Part shown: piece after piece, positions 1 through 8,397 of the stretch
How positions within the stretch are numbered: position 1 is the first letter of the stretch
Layout of the letters: every line of letters begins with the position of its first letter
Assembly: GCA_031416315.1 (NCBI GenBank)
Contig: JANOTL010000107.1
Location: 1-21,175 of the forward strand
Reading direction: 5' to 3'
DNA: 21,175 nt
Origin: Pseudomonadota bacterium
GTDB lineage: Bacteria > Bdellovibrionota_B > Oligoflexia > Oligoflexales > CAIYRB01
Translations under genes and position numbers: made by a program
Notes under the pieces: generated by a model
Database searches by the model: none
What the model was told of the DNA's origin: nothing
The model's input: the letters and a program-made list of their open reading frames with translations, nothing else

Positions 1-2811
1 AAGAACGTCGACGTCGAGATCCCGAAGAAAAAGCTCGTGGTGATCACCGGCGTCTCGGGCTCCGGCAAGTCCAGCCTCGCGTTCGACACCATCTTCGCCG
101 AGGGTCAAAGGCGTTACATCGAGTCCCTTTCCTCTTATGCCCGGCAATTCCTGGGCCAGATGGAAAAGCCGCGCTTCGAGACGATCCGCGGCCTCTCCCC
201 CACGATCTCGATCGAGCAGAAGTCGGCGAGTAAGAACCCGCGCTCGACCGTCGGCACGATCACCGAGGTCTACGACTACTTGCGCGTCCTCTTCGCCCGC
301 GTCGGCACCCAGCACTGCCACAAGTGCGGCAAGAAGGTCGGCCGCGGCGACGCCGCCTCGATGGTCGAGCAGATCCAAGCGATGGGGGAGGGGGCGAAGT
401 TCCTCCTTCTTGCTCCCATGGTGGAAAACCGCAAGGGCGAGCACAAGGAGCTGTTCGACGACCTTCGCAAGGATGGCTACACGCGCGTGCGGATCGACGG
501 GGTCGTGCGCGACCTCGCCGACGTGCAGACTTTGGCAAAAAACAAGAAGCATACGATCGAGACGGTGATCGACCGCCTGGTCTTGAAACGGGATGCGACG
601 TTCAAGAAGCGGCTCACCGACTCGGTGGAGACGGCCCTCAAGCGCGGCAACGGCACGCTGATCGTCCACGTGGAGGGCCGCGAGGACATCCCGATGAGCG
701 AGGCGCGCAGCTGCTGCGGCTTCGCCTTCCCGGAGCTCGATCCGCCGCTCTTCTCCTTCAACGCCCCGCTGGGCATGTGCACGGGCTGCAGCGGGCTCGG
801 CTCGGTCCTGCAGATGGACGAGTCGAAGGTCGTTCCCGACGGGCTCCTGTCGATCAAAGACGGCGCGGTCCTCCCCTGGCGCAACGCCTTCGCGGGCGAC
901 CATCAGGACAAAGACGGCAACTGGAGCGTCGAGCGCTTCAAAGCCCTGCAGAAAAAGTACGGCATCAGCTGGGACACGCCCTGGAAGAAGCTGCCGAAAA
1001 AGCATCGCGACATTCTCCTGCACGGCACCAAGGGCGAGGAGATCACGGTCAAGTGGAAGACGGCCCGCCATTCCAGTAATTACTCCTTTGCGTACGAAGG
1101 CTTGCTGCCTGGCTTGATGCGTCGTTACCAGCAGACCCAGTCGGAAGAGATGAAGTCCTGGTACGGACGCTTCCTCTCCAGCCGTCGCTGCGAGCACTGC
1201 GACGGCATGCGGCTCAAGCCGGAGGTCTTGGCGGTCAAGGTCGGAAGCCGCTCGATCATCGAGTTGACGCAAATGACCATCAAGGAAGCGTACGACTTCG
1301 CGACCAGCCTGAAGCTGCCGGGGAATCAGGCGCTGATCGCCAAGGAGCTCACGAAGGAGATCTCGAGTCGTCTCGGCTTTCTCGTGAACGTCGGCCTCGA
1401 CTATCTTTCGCTCGACCGCAAGGGGCCGACCCTCTCGGGCGGTGAGGCGCAGCGGATTCGCCTGGCCTCGCAGATCGGCTCCGAGCTGACCGGCGTCCTC
1501 TACATCCTCGACGAGCCATCCATCGGCCTGCACCAGCGGGACAACCAGAAGCTCCTCGACACGCTCATGCACCTGCGCGACATCGGCAACTCGCTGCTCG
1601 TCGTCGAGCACGATCAGGAGACGATCGAGGCGGCCGACTGGGTGATCGACATGGGCCCCGGCGCCGGGCATCTCGGGGGTCGGGTCGTCGCCGCTGGCAC
1701 GCCCGCACAGCTTCGGAAGGATCCGGCCTCGCTCACCGGGCGCTATCTTTCCGGACGCGAGTCGATTCCAGTGCCGAAAACGCGTCGTCCGCCACCGACC
1801 GGAAAAGCCGGCACGGACCGCTGGATCTCGATCGTGAACGCGACCGAGAACAACCTGAAAAACGTCACGGCGCGTTTCCCGATCGGCCTGATGAGCTGCA
1901 TCACCGGCGTCTCCGGCGCCGGAAAGTCGTCGCTGATCAACCAAATCCTCTATCCGGCGCTGGCGAAAAAGCTGCACGACAGCGACGAGGACATCGGCGC
2001 GCACGAGGCGATCCGGGGCCTCGAGCACCTCGACAAGGTGATCAACATCGACCAGAAGCCGATCGGGCGCACGCCGCGCTCGAACCCGGCCACCTACACC
2101 AAGTGCTTCGACATGATCCGCGACTTCTTCGCGCTCCTACCGGAGGCGCGGACCCGCGGTTACGAGAAGGGGCGGTTCTCCTTCAACGTGAAGGGCGGGC
2201 GCTGCGAGAACTGCCAGGGCGACGGCTTCATCAAGGTGGAGATGCACTTTCTCGCCGACGTCTTCGTGCCCTGCGAAGCCTGTAAGGGCAAGCGCTTCAA
2301 CGACGCTACCCTGGAGGTGAAGTACAAGGAGCGCTCGATCGCCGACATCCTCGAGCTGTCGGTCGCGGAGGCCATGGAGGTCTTCGCTAACCACCCTAAG
2401 ATCATGAAAATATTGAGGACTCTTGCCGACGTCGGCCTGCAGTACGTGAAGCTCGGCCAGCCGGCGACGACTTTGTCGGGCGGCGAGGCCCAGCGCATCA
2501 AGCTGGCGCGGGAGCTGGCGCGGACGGATACTGGACGCACGCTCTACATTCTCGACGAGCCGACGACGGGCCTGCACTTCGCGGACATCAAGAAGCTGCT
2601 TTCCGTTCTGGAGCGTCTCGTCGAGTCCGGCAACACCATCGTCGTCATCGAGCACAACTTGGACGTGATCAAGACCTGCGACTGGATCATCGACATGGGT
2701 CCCGAAGGCGGACACCGCGGCGGCCAGATCATCGCGGAAGGCACGCCCGAGGATGTCGCGAAGGTGAAGTCGAGCCACACCGGCATCTTCCTAAAGAAGG
2801 TTTTGGCTTGA
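1..2811 (+). CDS. uvrA: Excinuclease ABC subunit A (5'-truncated by the window edge)
   Basis: Frame is open from base 1 (KNVDVEIPKKKLVVITGVSGSGKSSLAFD). It has two ABC cassettes (Walker A GVSGSGKS and GVSGAGKS; signature LSGGEAQRI twice; Walker B YILDEP twice) and Zn-binding CxxC pairs (CHKC, CTGC, CEHC, CENC, CEAC). Confidence 0.99.
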   Translation, partial: KNVDVEIPKKKLVVITGVSGSGKSSLAFDTIFAEGQRRYIESLSSYARQFLGQMEKPRFETIRGLSPTISIEQKSASKNPRSTVGTITEVYDYLRVLFARVGTQHCHKCGKKVGRGDAASMVEQIQAMGEGAKFLLLAPMVENRKGEHKELFDDLRKDGYTRVRIDGVVRDLADVQTLAKNKKHTIETVIDRLVLKRDATFKKRLTDSVETALKRGNGTLIVHVEGREDIPMSEARSCCGFAFPELDPPLFSFNAPLGMCTGCSGLGSVLQMDESKVVPDGLLSIKDGAVLPWRNAFAGDHQDKDGNWSVERFKALQKKYGISWDTPWKKLPKKHRDILLHGTKGEEITVKWKTARHSSNYSFAYEGLLPGLMRRYQQTQSEEMKSWYGRFLSSRRCEHCDGMRLKPEVLAVKVGSRSIIELTQMTIKEAYDFATSLKLPGNQALIAKELTKEISSRLGFLVNVGLDYLSLDRKGPTLSGGEAQRIRLASQIGSELTGVLYILDEPSIGLHQRDNQKLLDTLMHLRDIGNSLLVVEHDQETIEAADWVIDMGPGAGHLGGRVVAAGTPAQLRKDPASLTGRYLSGRESIPVPKTRRPPPTGKAGTDRWISIVNATENNLKNVTARFPIGLMSCITGVSGAGKSSLINQILYPALAKKLHDSDEDIGAHEAIRGLEHLDKVINIDQKPIGRTPRSNPATYTKCFDMIRDFFALLPEARTRGYEKGRFSFNVKGGRCENCQGDGFIKVEMHFLADVFVPCEACKGKRFNDATLEVKYKERSIADILELSVAEAMEVFANHPKIMKILRTLADVGLQYVKLGQPATTLSGGEAQRIKLARELARTDTGRTLYILDEPTTGLHFADIKKLLSVLERLVESGNTIVVIEHNLDVIKTCDWIIDMGPEGGHRGGQIIAEGTPEDVAKVKSSHTGIFLKKVLA

Positions 2812-3779
2812 AACGAACGCTCCTCGCCGTCTTTTTCCTCGGGGGGCTCACGGCCTGTACGAGGTCCGAAGGCTTCCTCGAGTTCCTGAAGCAGAAGGTT
2901 AGGGGCGATGGGTCGAAGTCGTCGCCAAAAGATGCGGAAGGACCGACGCCTTTGGACAAGGCCGGCCTGCTCGAGCAGCTGAAGGGCATCGCGGTCTCAC
3001 CGCTCGGCAACGCCAGCGGTGGAGCGGCCCTCGAGCACATGATCTGCGAGGGCGAGCGCGCGCACAAGAATGCCGTCAGCGGCAAAGACGGGAAGCTCCG
3101 CGTCGCCTACGAGGCGGACGCGGAAGCTTGCGTTGGCGACAAGTACAAAGCGGCCGTGACGAAAGGCGCGAAGCTCACAGGCGGCGTGGGCTTGGCGACC
3201 TTTTCCTATACGGTCGACTGTCCTGGCATCGCCAGCGATGTCGTCGCGAAGTGGAAGCCGAGCGGCTTCTTCAACGCCGAAACGTTTCGCTTCGACGGGC
3301 CCGAGAAGGACTGTTTGAGCCTCGGCGGCGGCAAGTCCGCGTTCGAGTTGGATGCCGCGGTCTCCAGCGGCGTGGACGCGCAAGATCCGCGCGACACGAA
3401 GAAGACGGCGCGCTTTGACGCGAAACGGTCGTTGTCGATCCATGCGCCGGGAGGCGGCCCTTGCCGTGTCGAGGTGACGGGCAAGGCCCATATGGTGCGC
3501 GGCGAGTGCTTGCATATTGCGACCTCTCGGAACACGGCTAAGTATAGTTTCGCCGAGCCGACTCTGACCCATGTCGTGGTCAAGGTGGTGCTGAAGGACG
3601 TGAGCGCGACCATTGGCGAGCAGTTTTATGACGTCGGCTCGATGGATCTCGACGTCAACGGTTGGAAGGGCAAAGTGCGGTTTAGCGACGGCAAGGCGCC
3701 GCCGGTCGTCGAGCTCACCGACGGCCGCGAGGTCGTCCGCGTCAAGCTCAACGGCGAATTCACGGGAGAAGCGCGTTGA
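2808..3779 (+). CDS. Hypothetical lipoprotein, beta-rich, six further Cys
   Basis: TTG start overlaps the uvrA stop (TTGA). Signal peptide MKRTLLAVFFLGG ends in lipobox LTAC. 323 aa; no family recognised. Confidence 0.8.
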   Translation: MKRTLLAVFFLGGLTACTRSEGFLEFLKQKVRGDGSKSSPKDAEGPTPLDKAGLLEQLKGIAVSPLGNASGGAALEHMICEGERAHKNAVSGKDGKLRVAYEADAEACVGDKYKAAVTKGAKLTGGVGLATFSYTVDCPGIASDVVAKWKPSGFFNAETFRFDGPEKDCLSLGGGKSAFELDAAVSSGVDAQDPRDTKKTARFDAKRSLSIHAPGGGPCRVEVTGKAHMVRGECLHIATSRNTAKYSFAEPTLTHVVVKVVLKDVSATIGEQFYDVGSMDLDVNGWKGKVRFSDGKAPPVVELTDGREVVRVKLNGEFTGEAR

Positions 3780-4711
3780 GCGAGGTCTCGACGGTCGAGC
3801 TCGCCGGGACGAACGATTGGCGCGGCGTCGGTCCAGCCGTCGATGATCTGCACGCCGGCGCCCGCGTCGACCTTTACCTCGCCAAGCTTTTTCCCTTCCG
3901 CTCGCGCGGTGAATGGGCGCGGGCTTGCCGCGATGCGGCCCTGCGCGTCAACGGCGATGCCGTGAAACCGTCGTACCGTCTGCGTTGCGGCGACCGCGTC
4001 GAGCGCTTTCATCCGCTGGACGAGGAGCCTTCCGTCGATCTGCAGCTGCATGCGGTGTACCGCGATGCGGGGATCTTGGCGGTCGCCAAACCGGGCAATT
4101 TGCCGATGCACGAAGGTGGGCGGTATCGGCGCAACACCTTCGCGCACGCTTTGCACGAGCAGTTCGGCCCGCAATGGGCGGCAGTGCATCGGTTGGACCG
4201 AGAGACTTCGGGGATCGTGCTGTGCGCCGCGGACCCGCTTCTGCGCGCCGCGCTGGCCGAGCTTTTCGTGTTTCATAGAGTCCAAAAGGAATACCTGGCG
4301 ATTGCGGCCGGCGTCGCGCCAGCCGAGGAGTGGACGGCCGAGCAGCCGGTGCTCAGCCGTCAGGAAGGAGCTCGGGCGCGACTCGCGCGTACGGAGGGGG
4401 TGGCGCGTCCGGCAAGGACCGATATTCGTGTCGACGATCGGGCCGGCGACTATTTGCTGCTGCGCTGTTTGCCGCGAACGGGGCGCTTGCACCAGATTCG
4501 CGTGCACCTCGCCGCGTACGGCCTGCCTTTGCTCGGCGACACGCTCTACGGCGGCCGTCGCGACTTGCCCGGAGTCGGTCGACATTTTTTGCATGCCGCA
4601 CGGTTGACCTTGAAAGACCCGCGCACGGGTGAGCCCTTGCGACTCGTCTGTCCGCCTCCGCACGACATGCGGGCCTTCTGGTCTCAAGCGGTGCGCGACG
4701 CGCTCCGCTGA
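3776..4711 (+). CDS. RluA/RluC/RluD-family RNA pseudouridine synthase with N-terminal S4-like domain
   Basis: Catalytic motif VHRLDRETSG, plus AVAKPGNLPMH, TGRLHQIRVHL, LLGDTLYG and FLHAARL. S4-like RVDLYLA...VNGDAVKPSYRL. Start overlaps the upstream stop (TTGA). Confidence 0.95.
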   Translation: MSEVSTVELAGTNDWRGVGPAVDDLHAGARVDLYLAKLFPFRSRGEWARACRDAALRVNGDAVKPSYRLRCGDRVERFHPLDEEPSVDLQLHAVYRDAGILAVAKPGNLPMHEGGRYRRNTFAHALHEQFGPQWAAVHRLDRETSGIVLCAADPLLRAALAELFVFHRVQKEYLAIAAGVAPAEEWTAEQPVLSRQEGARARLARTEGVARPARTDIRVDDRAGDYLLLRCLPRTGRLHQIRVHLAAYGLPLLGDTLYGGRRDLPGVGRHFLHAARLTLKDPRTGEPLRLVCPPPHDMRAFWSQAVRDALR

Positions 4712-4751
4712 GATGGAGGGAGCGTGAACTTGGTGCGCGGCGCTCGCGAAG

Positions 4752-6458
4752 ATGGCAAATACTTGTTTCATGATGGGCAGTTATTCCACGAGGCCAGCCC
4801 TCTCGACGAATCGATCCTTTCGATTCCTGAGGTCGCCGGGTATACGCAGGCGATGCTTCGATGCCCCCCCATTTTTAGCCAGCCTCGCCCGTCGATTGCG
4901 AGCCCGTCGGCCACGTCGCGAGCTCGAGCAGCAACTGGAGCGGCTGGCCACGGCCGTCGACGTCTCGAAGATGGGCGTCTTCGAGGTCGACACGTCCACG
5001 CATCGGCTGCGGTGGTCGAAGTATCATGAGCTGCTCTTTGGCTATGCCGAAGGCACTTTCGACGGCACTCGCGAGGCTTTCCGCTCGCGCCTCCACCCGG
5101 AAGATCGGGAGGCGATGGTCGCCGTCTTGGACCGGGCGCGGGTGGACCTGAGGCCGTATGAGTTGGAAGGCCGCGTGGTGTGGCCGGACGGCTCGATCCA
5201 TTGGGTCTATGCGCGCGGTCAGTTTTTCTGTGACGACCGCGGCGTGACCACGCGCGGCATCGGCACGGTGATCGAGATTACCGAGCGCAAGCTCATGGAG
5301 GAGGAGCTGCGTCGCACGCGGATCGCCGCCGAGGCCGCGAGCGCGGCGAAGTCGGCGTTTCTCGCCAACATGAGCCACGAGATTCGGACGCCGCTCAGCG
5401 CCGTCATCGGCCTGTCCGAGGTGTTGCAGCTGTCGCATCCGCAGCAGCCGGAGGTGCACGATCTCGCGGAGAAGATCAATCAGAACGGCCGTCACCTCCT
5501 GGCGCTGATCGACGGCATCCTCGACATCTCGAAGATCGAGGCGGGCGCCATGAGATGTGACGTCGAGGTTCTCGACCTGCTCGAGCTCCTGCAGTCGGTC
5601 TATGACATGCTGTTGGACAAGGCGCTCGCGAAGGGCATCGGGCTCGAGCTTAAGATCGCGAGCGGCGTGCCGCGCACCATCCACTCGGACCAGCTCCGGC
5701 TCCGGCAAATTTTGATGAACGTCGTCGGCAACGCCTTGAAGTTCACGGCGCATGGGGCGGTAGCGATCGAAGCCGCGACGGCGTCCGGTCGCATCCAGTT
5801 CACGATCCGCGACACCGGTGGCGGCGTCCCTGCCGACGCCTTCGAGCGGATCTTCGAGGTCTTCGCGCAGGCCGACACCGCCGTATCCCGCGAGTTCGGG
5901 GGGACGGGCTTGGGCCTCTACATTTCGCGGAAACTGGCGCGTGCGCTCGGCGGCGATCTCGAATTGGTGTCAAGCTCGCCCACCGATGGCAGCGTGTTCC
6001 GGCTGACGATCGATCCGCACGCCGAATTGGGCGGCGGGGTCGAAGTCGAGCCGCCGGCGCCGCCGGCCGAGCCGCCCGCGACCTTGCCTATTGGGACGCG
6101 CATCCTCGTCGTCGAGGACTCGCCGGACCTTCGCGAGTTGATCGAGCACCTGCTCACCGAGGCGGGCGCGACGGTGGAGACCGCGGTGGACGGCGCCGAC
6201 GGGGTTCTCAAGGCCTCGTCCCAAGATTTCGACGCCGTCTTGATGGATCTGCACATGCCCAAGCTCGATGGCTACGAGGCGACGCGACGCCTGCGCTCGA
6301 CGGGTTTCTCCCGGCCGATCCTCGCGCTTTCGGCGCATGCGTTCAAAGACGAGGCGGAGCGGTCCTTGAAAGCGGGCTGCGACGCCCACATCACCAAACC
6401 CGTGAACCGCCGTTTGCTTTTTCAGACGCTCAACGCTGCCTTGACGCTCAGGGTTTGA
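4752..6458 (+). CDS. Soluble hybrid sensor histidine kinase (PAS-HisKA-HATPase-receiver); start uncertain
   Basis: PAS/PAC (LHPEDRE...RVVWPDGSIHWV...GTVIEITERK), H-box FLANMSHEIRTPL, N-box LMNVVGNALKFT, G2 FGGTGLGL, receiver VVEDS...VLMDLHMP...TKP. No transmembrane segment or Hpt domain seen. Confidence 0.95.
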   Translation: MANTCFMMGSYSTRPALSTNRSFRFLRSPGIRRRCFDAPPFLASLARRLRARRPRRELEQQLERLATAVDVSKMGVFEVDTSTHRLRWSKYHELLFGYAEGTFDGTREAFRSRLHPEDREAMVAVLDRARVDLRPYELEGRVVWPDGSIHWVYARGQFFCDDRGVTTRGIGTVIEITERKLMEEELRRTRIAAEAASAAKSAFLANMSHEIRTPLSAVIGLSEVLQLSHPQQPEVHDLAEKINQNGRHLLALIDGILDISKIEAGAMRCDVEVLDLLELLQSVYDMLLDKALAKGIGLELKIASGVPRTIHSDQLRLRQILMNVVGNALKFTAHGAVAIEAATASGRIQFTIRDTGGGVPADAFERIFEVFAQADTAVSREFGGTGLGLYISRKLARALGGDLELVSSSPTDGSVFRLTIDPHAELGGGVEVEPPAPPAEPPATLPIGTRILVVEDSPDLRELIEHLLTEAGATVETAVDGADGVLKASSQDFDAVLMDLHMPKLDGYEATRRLRSTGFSRPILALSAHAFKDEAERSLKAGCDAHITKPVNRRLLFQTLNAALTLRV

Positions 6459-7080
6459 GCGCGAACTTCCGGCCGTCAAACGGCAGGTGCCAAAGGACCA
6501 CGCGCTTGCCGGTGTAGGAGTCGCTGCTGACGATCACCTCGATCGTCGTGCCGCGGCGCGGCAAGACGTAGGCATACGTGCCGCTGGCGCTGTCGGACAG
6601 CTTCCTTTTCTTCCTCTTGAATTCGGGGATCTTCTCCTGCGCCCGCTTGTCGACCATCTCCATGGTGATCTCTGGTAGCACGTCCTTGGTGACGTCGTTC
6701 CAGGTCTCGCCCTCGTTGGTGAGGATGGCGATGTGATGCGAGGAGTCGCCGAACTCGGCGCGCAGACCGATGAGATAGCCTCCGCCCTTCATCTTGAAGC
6801 CGGCGAGCTGCGCGCCTCCGAAGGCGTCGGTGTCGGCGTTCCCGAAGATCTCGAGGTAGCCGTTCTTTTGATCCTCGACCTTGATCAGCTTCAGCTTCTC
6901 GTCTTTGGACAAGGGTTGATTCGTCTTCGACGAGACGATCGGCAGGTGACCATACGGAATGCTCGTGAAAATCTCGCGCACCGGCGGCAGGTCCCCCGCG
7001 TCCGCAGAGGACGCGAGCATCATGCCGACCCAGAGTGCGCCGAGTCGCCCGAGCCTACTCGCGGTCAAAGACCAAGACAT
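6448..7080 (-). CDS. Secreted hypothetical protein (about 210 aa), possibly DUF3256-like
   Basis: Start reassigned to the ATG at 7080 (MSWSLTASRLGRLGALWVGMMLASSADA, signal-like), overlapping the upstream gene stop. The ORF-track extension to 7344 lies inside the upstream gene. Motifs D-x-KNGYL, W-x-DVT-xx-LP and LPRRGTTI; family assignment is from memory and tentative. Confidence 0.75.
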   Translation of the reverse strand: MSWSLTASRLGRLGALWVGMMLASSADAGDLPPVREIFTSIPYGHLPIVSSKTNQPLSKDEKLKLIKVEDQKNGYLEIFGNADTDAFGGAQLAGFKMKGGGYLIGLRAEFGDSSHHIAILTNEGETWNDVTKDVLPEITMEMVDKRAQEKIPEFKRKKRKLSDSASGTYAYVLPRRGTTIEVIVSSDSYTGKRVVLWHLPFDGRKFALKP

Positions 7081-8189
7081 TGCCGCACCGCGAGGTCGTC
7101 GGCTCCCGGCTCCGCCATCACCGCGCTGTTGCGGTCGGGATCGCAGGCCTCGACGGGACTGCAGGCATACGCCGAGCGCGCGTAGAGGCGGCCGCTCGCC
7201 GGATCCGCGGCCAAGCCGCGAAGCTGCAGGAATTTGGCGCCGGCGCCGCTCAGATCCCAGGTCTGGATCGGCTTCGCGTGCTCGGCCGCAGTCAGGTCGA
7301 AGACGTGCACGAGCTTCGTATCCTCCAGACCGACGAGCAGGCATTTGCCGTAAGCGGCCAAAGTCCGCGGCGTACCGTCGGTGATCGCCAGCTCCTCGCC
7401 GCGGCCGGTCTTCAGATCGACGGTCGTCACCCTTTTGGCCCCGGCCTCAGCCATCGCCAGGAGATTGAGGCTCGGGAAGCGGATCAGGTCGACGACGCGC
7501 TCGCGGTCGTCGACGAGGATCGTGTCTTCGCCGGTGGCCGGGTCGATCTTGTGCAAGGACTTGCCGCCCGAGTAGATCGAGGGCGCCGACATCAAATAGA
7601 GCTTGTCCTCGATCAGCAAGGGTAGCGTCGGCCCGGCGATGTGCGGCGCGAGCCAGCGCACACGCCCAGCGCGTGTCAGCGTGAACACCGTTTGCAGAGG
7701 TTGGCTAGGATCGGTCGGGTTGTCGGGGTCGTCAAAGCCGCCCGGATCCGTGAAGTACATCGCCCCGGGCTTGCCGGCCCAACGGCTGGCGAGCCCGTCC
7801 ATCGGAATGACGACGTGCTCGAGTGAGACGCTCGTGCCCGCCGCGTCGAGGCGCGCGATCGTATAATGACTAAGCCCGTCGGTGCCGAGGCCGGTGACGA
7901 GGACGCTGCGCGCGTCATACGGATAGATGTAGCGCAAGGAGTGCGTCAGCGCTTTTTCGAGCACCTTGGCGCCGTCGGCGGCGAAGAGCTCCAAGCGGTA
8001 GTGGGCGCCGAGATCCTTGCGCGAGCGCCCGACCCACAGGCGGTCGGCGTGAAAAATCTGGCCTTCCCAGGGCTCGAAGCGATCGAGCTCGCTCAAGACT
8101 TTCATCGGCAGGGGGCTTGCAGGCGCGGCGGCGACGGCGGTGCTTGCGGCGACGGTCAGGGCGAGAAACAACGACGCACACGTCTTCAT
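7065..8189 (-). CDS. Secreted protein, probable beta-propeller
   Basis: Signal peptide MKTCASLFLALTVAASTAVAA; GGAGGA-type RBS upstream on the minus strand. Repeated short-strand blades (LYL..LHKIDPATG, LLAMAE..VTTVDLKTG, LAADPASGRLY). Confidence 0.8.
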   Translation of the reverse strand: MKTCASLFLALTVAASTAVAAAPASPLPMKVLSELDRFEPWEGQIFHADRLWVGRSRKDLGAHYRLELFAADGAKVLEKALTHSLRYIYPYDARSVLVTGLGTDGLSHYTIARLDAAGTSVSLEHVVIPMDGLASRWAGKPGAMYFTDPGGFDDPDNPTDPSQPLQTVFTLTRAGRVRWLAPHIAGPTLPLLIEDKLYLMSAPSIYSGGKSLHKIDPATGEDTILVDDRERVVDLIRFPSLNLLAMAEAGAKRVTTVDLKTGRGEELAITDGTPRTLAAYGKCLLVGLEDTKLVHVFDLTAAEHAKPIQTWDLSGAGAKFLQLRGLAADPASGRLYARSAYACSPVEACDPDRNSAVMAEPGADDLAVRQCLGL

Positions 8190-8338
8190 GCGCGAATCCT
8201 CCAGTGTCTCGAACGATGGAATGCTGGGGCGGTCTTGGCTCGTTCTTAGCAGGCAGGCGAATTTTGCGCTAGAGCGTCACGTTTTTACGATGGCCTCGGT
8301 CGCCGCCGCCGGCCCGCGGCCCCTTGAGCCGCAAGGCC

Positions 8339-8376
8339 TTGACTCCTTCACGGAACTAATCCATACATATGTATGG
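8339..8376 (+). promoter_or_regulatory. Putative imu-cassette promoter/operator: TTGACT (-35-like, 8339-8344) and perfect palindrome CCATACATATGTATGG (8361-8376)
   Basis: A perfect 16-bp AT-rich inverted repeat in a GC-rich context lies where a -10/+1 region is expected downstream of TTGACT and 21 bp before imuA. No clean TANNNT -10 was found. Confidence 0.6.
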
Positions 8377-8397
8377 CATCTTCCATGAGTACGACGC

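Noticed and set aside
7081..7344. N-terminal extension of the 298-aa ORF
   Set aside because: Lies within the beta-propeller gene in another frame; the signal peptide begins at 7080.
8316..8338. Short alternative GC hairpins upstream of TTGACT
   Set aside because: Five-bp stems are expected by chance at this GC content.
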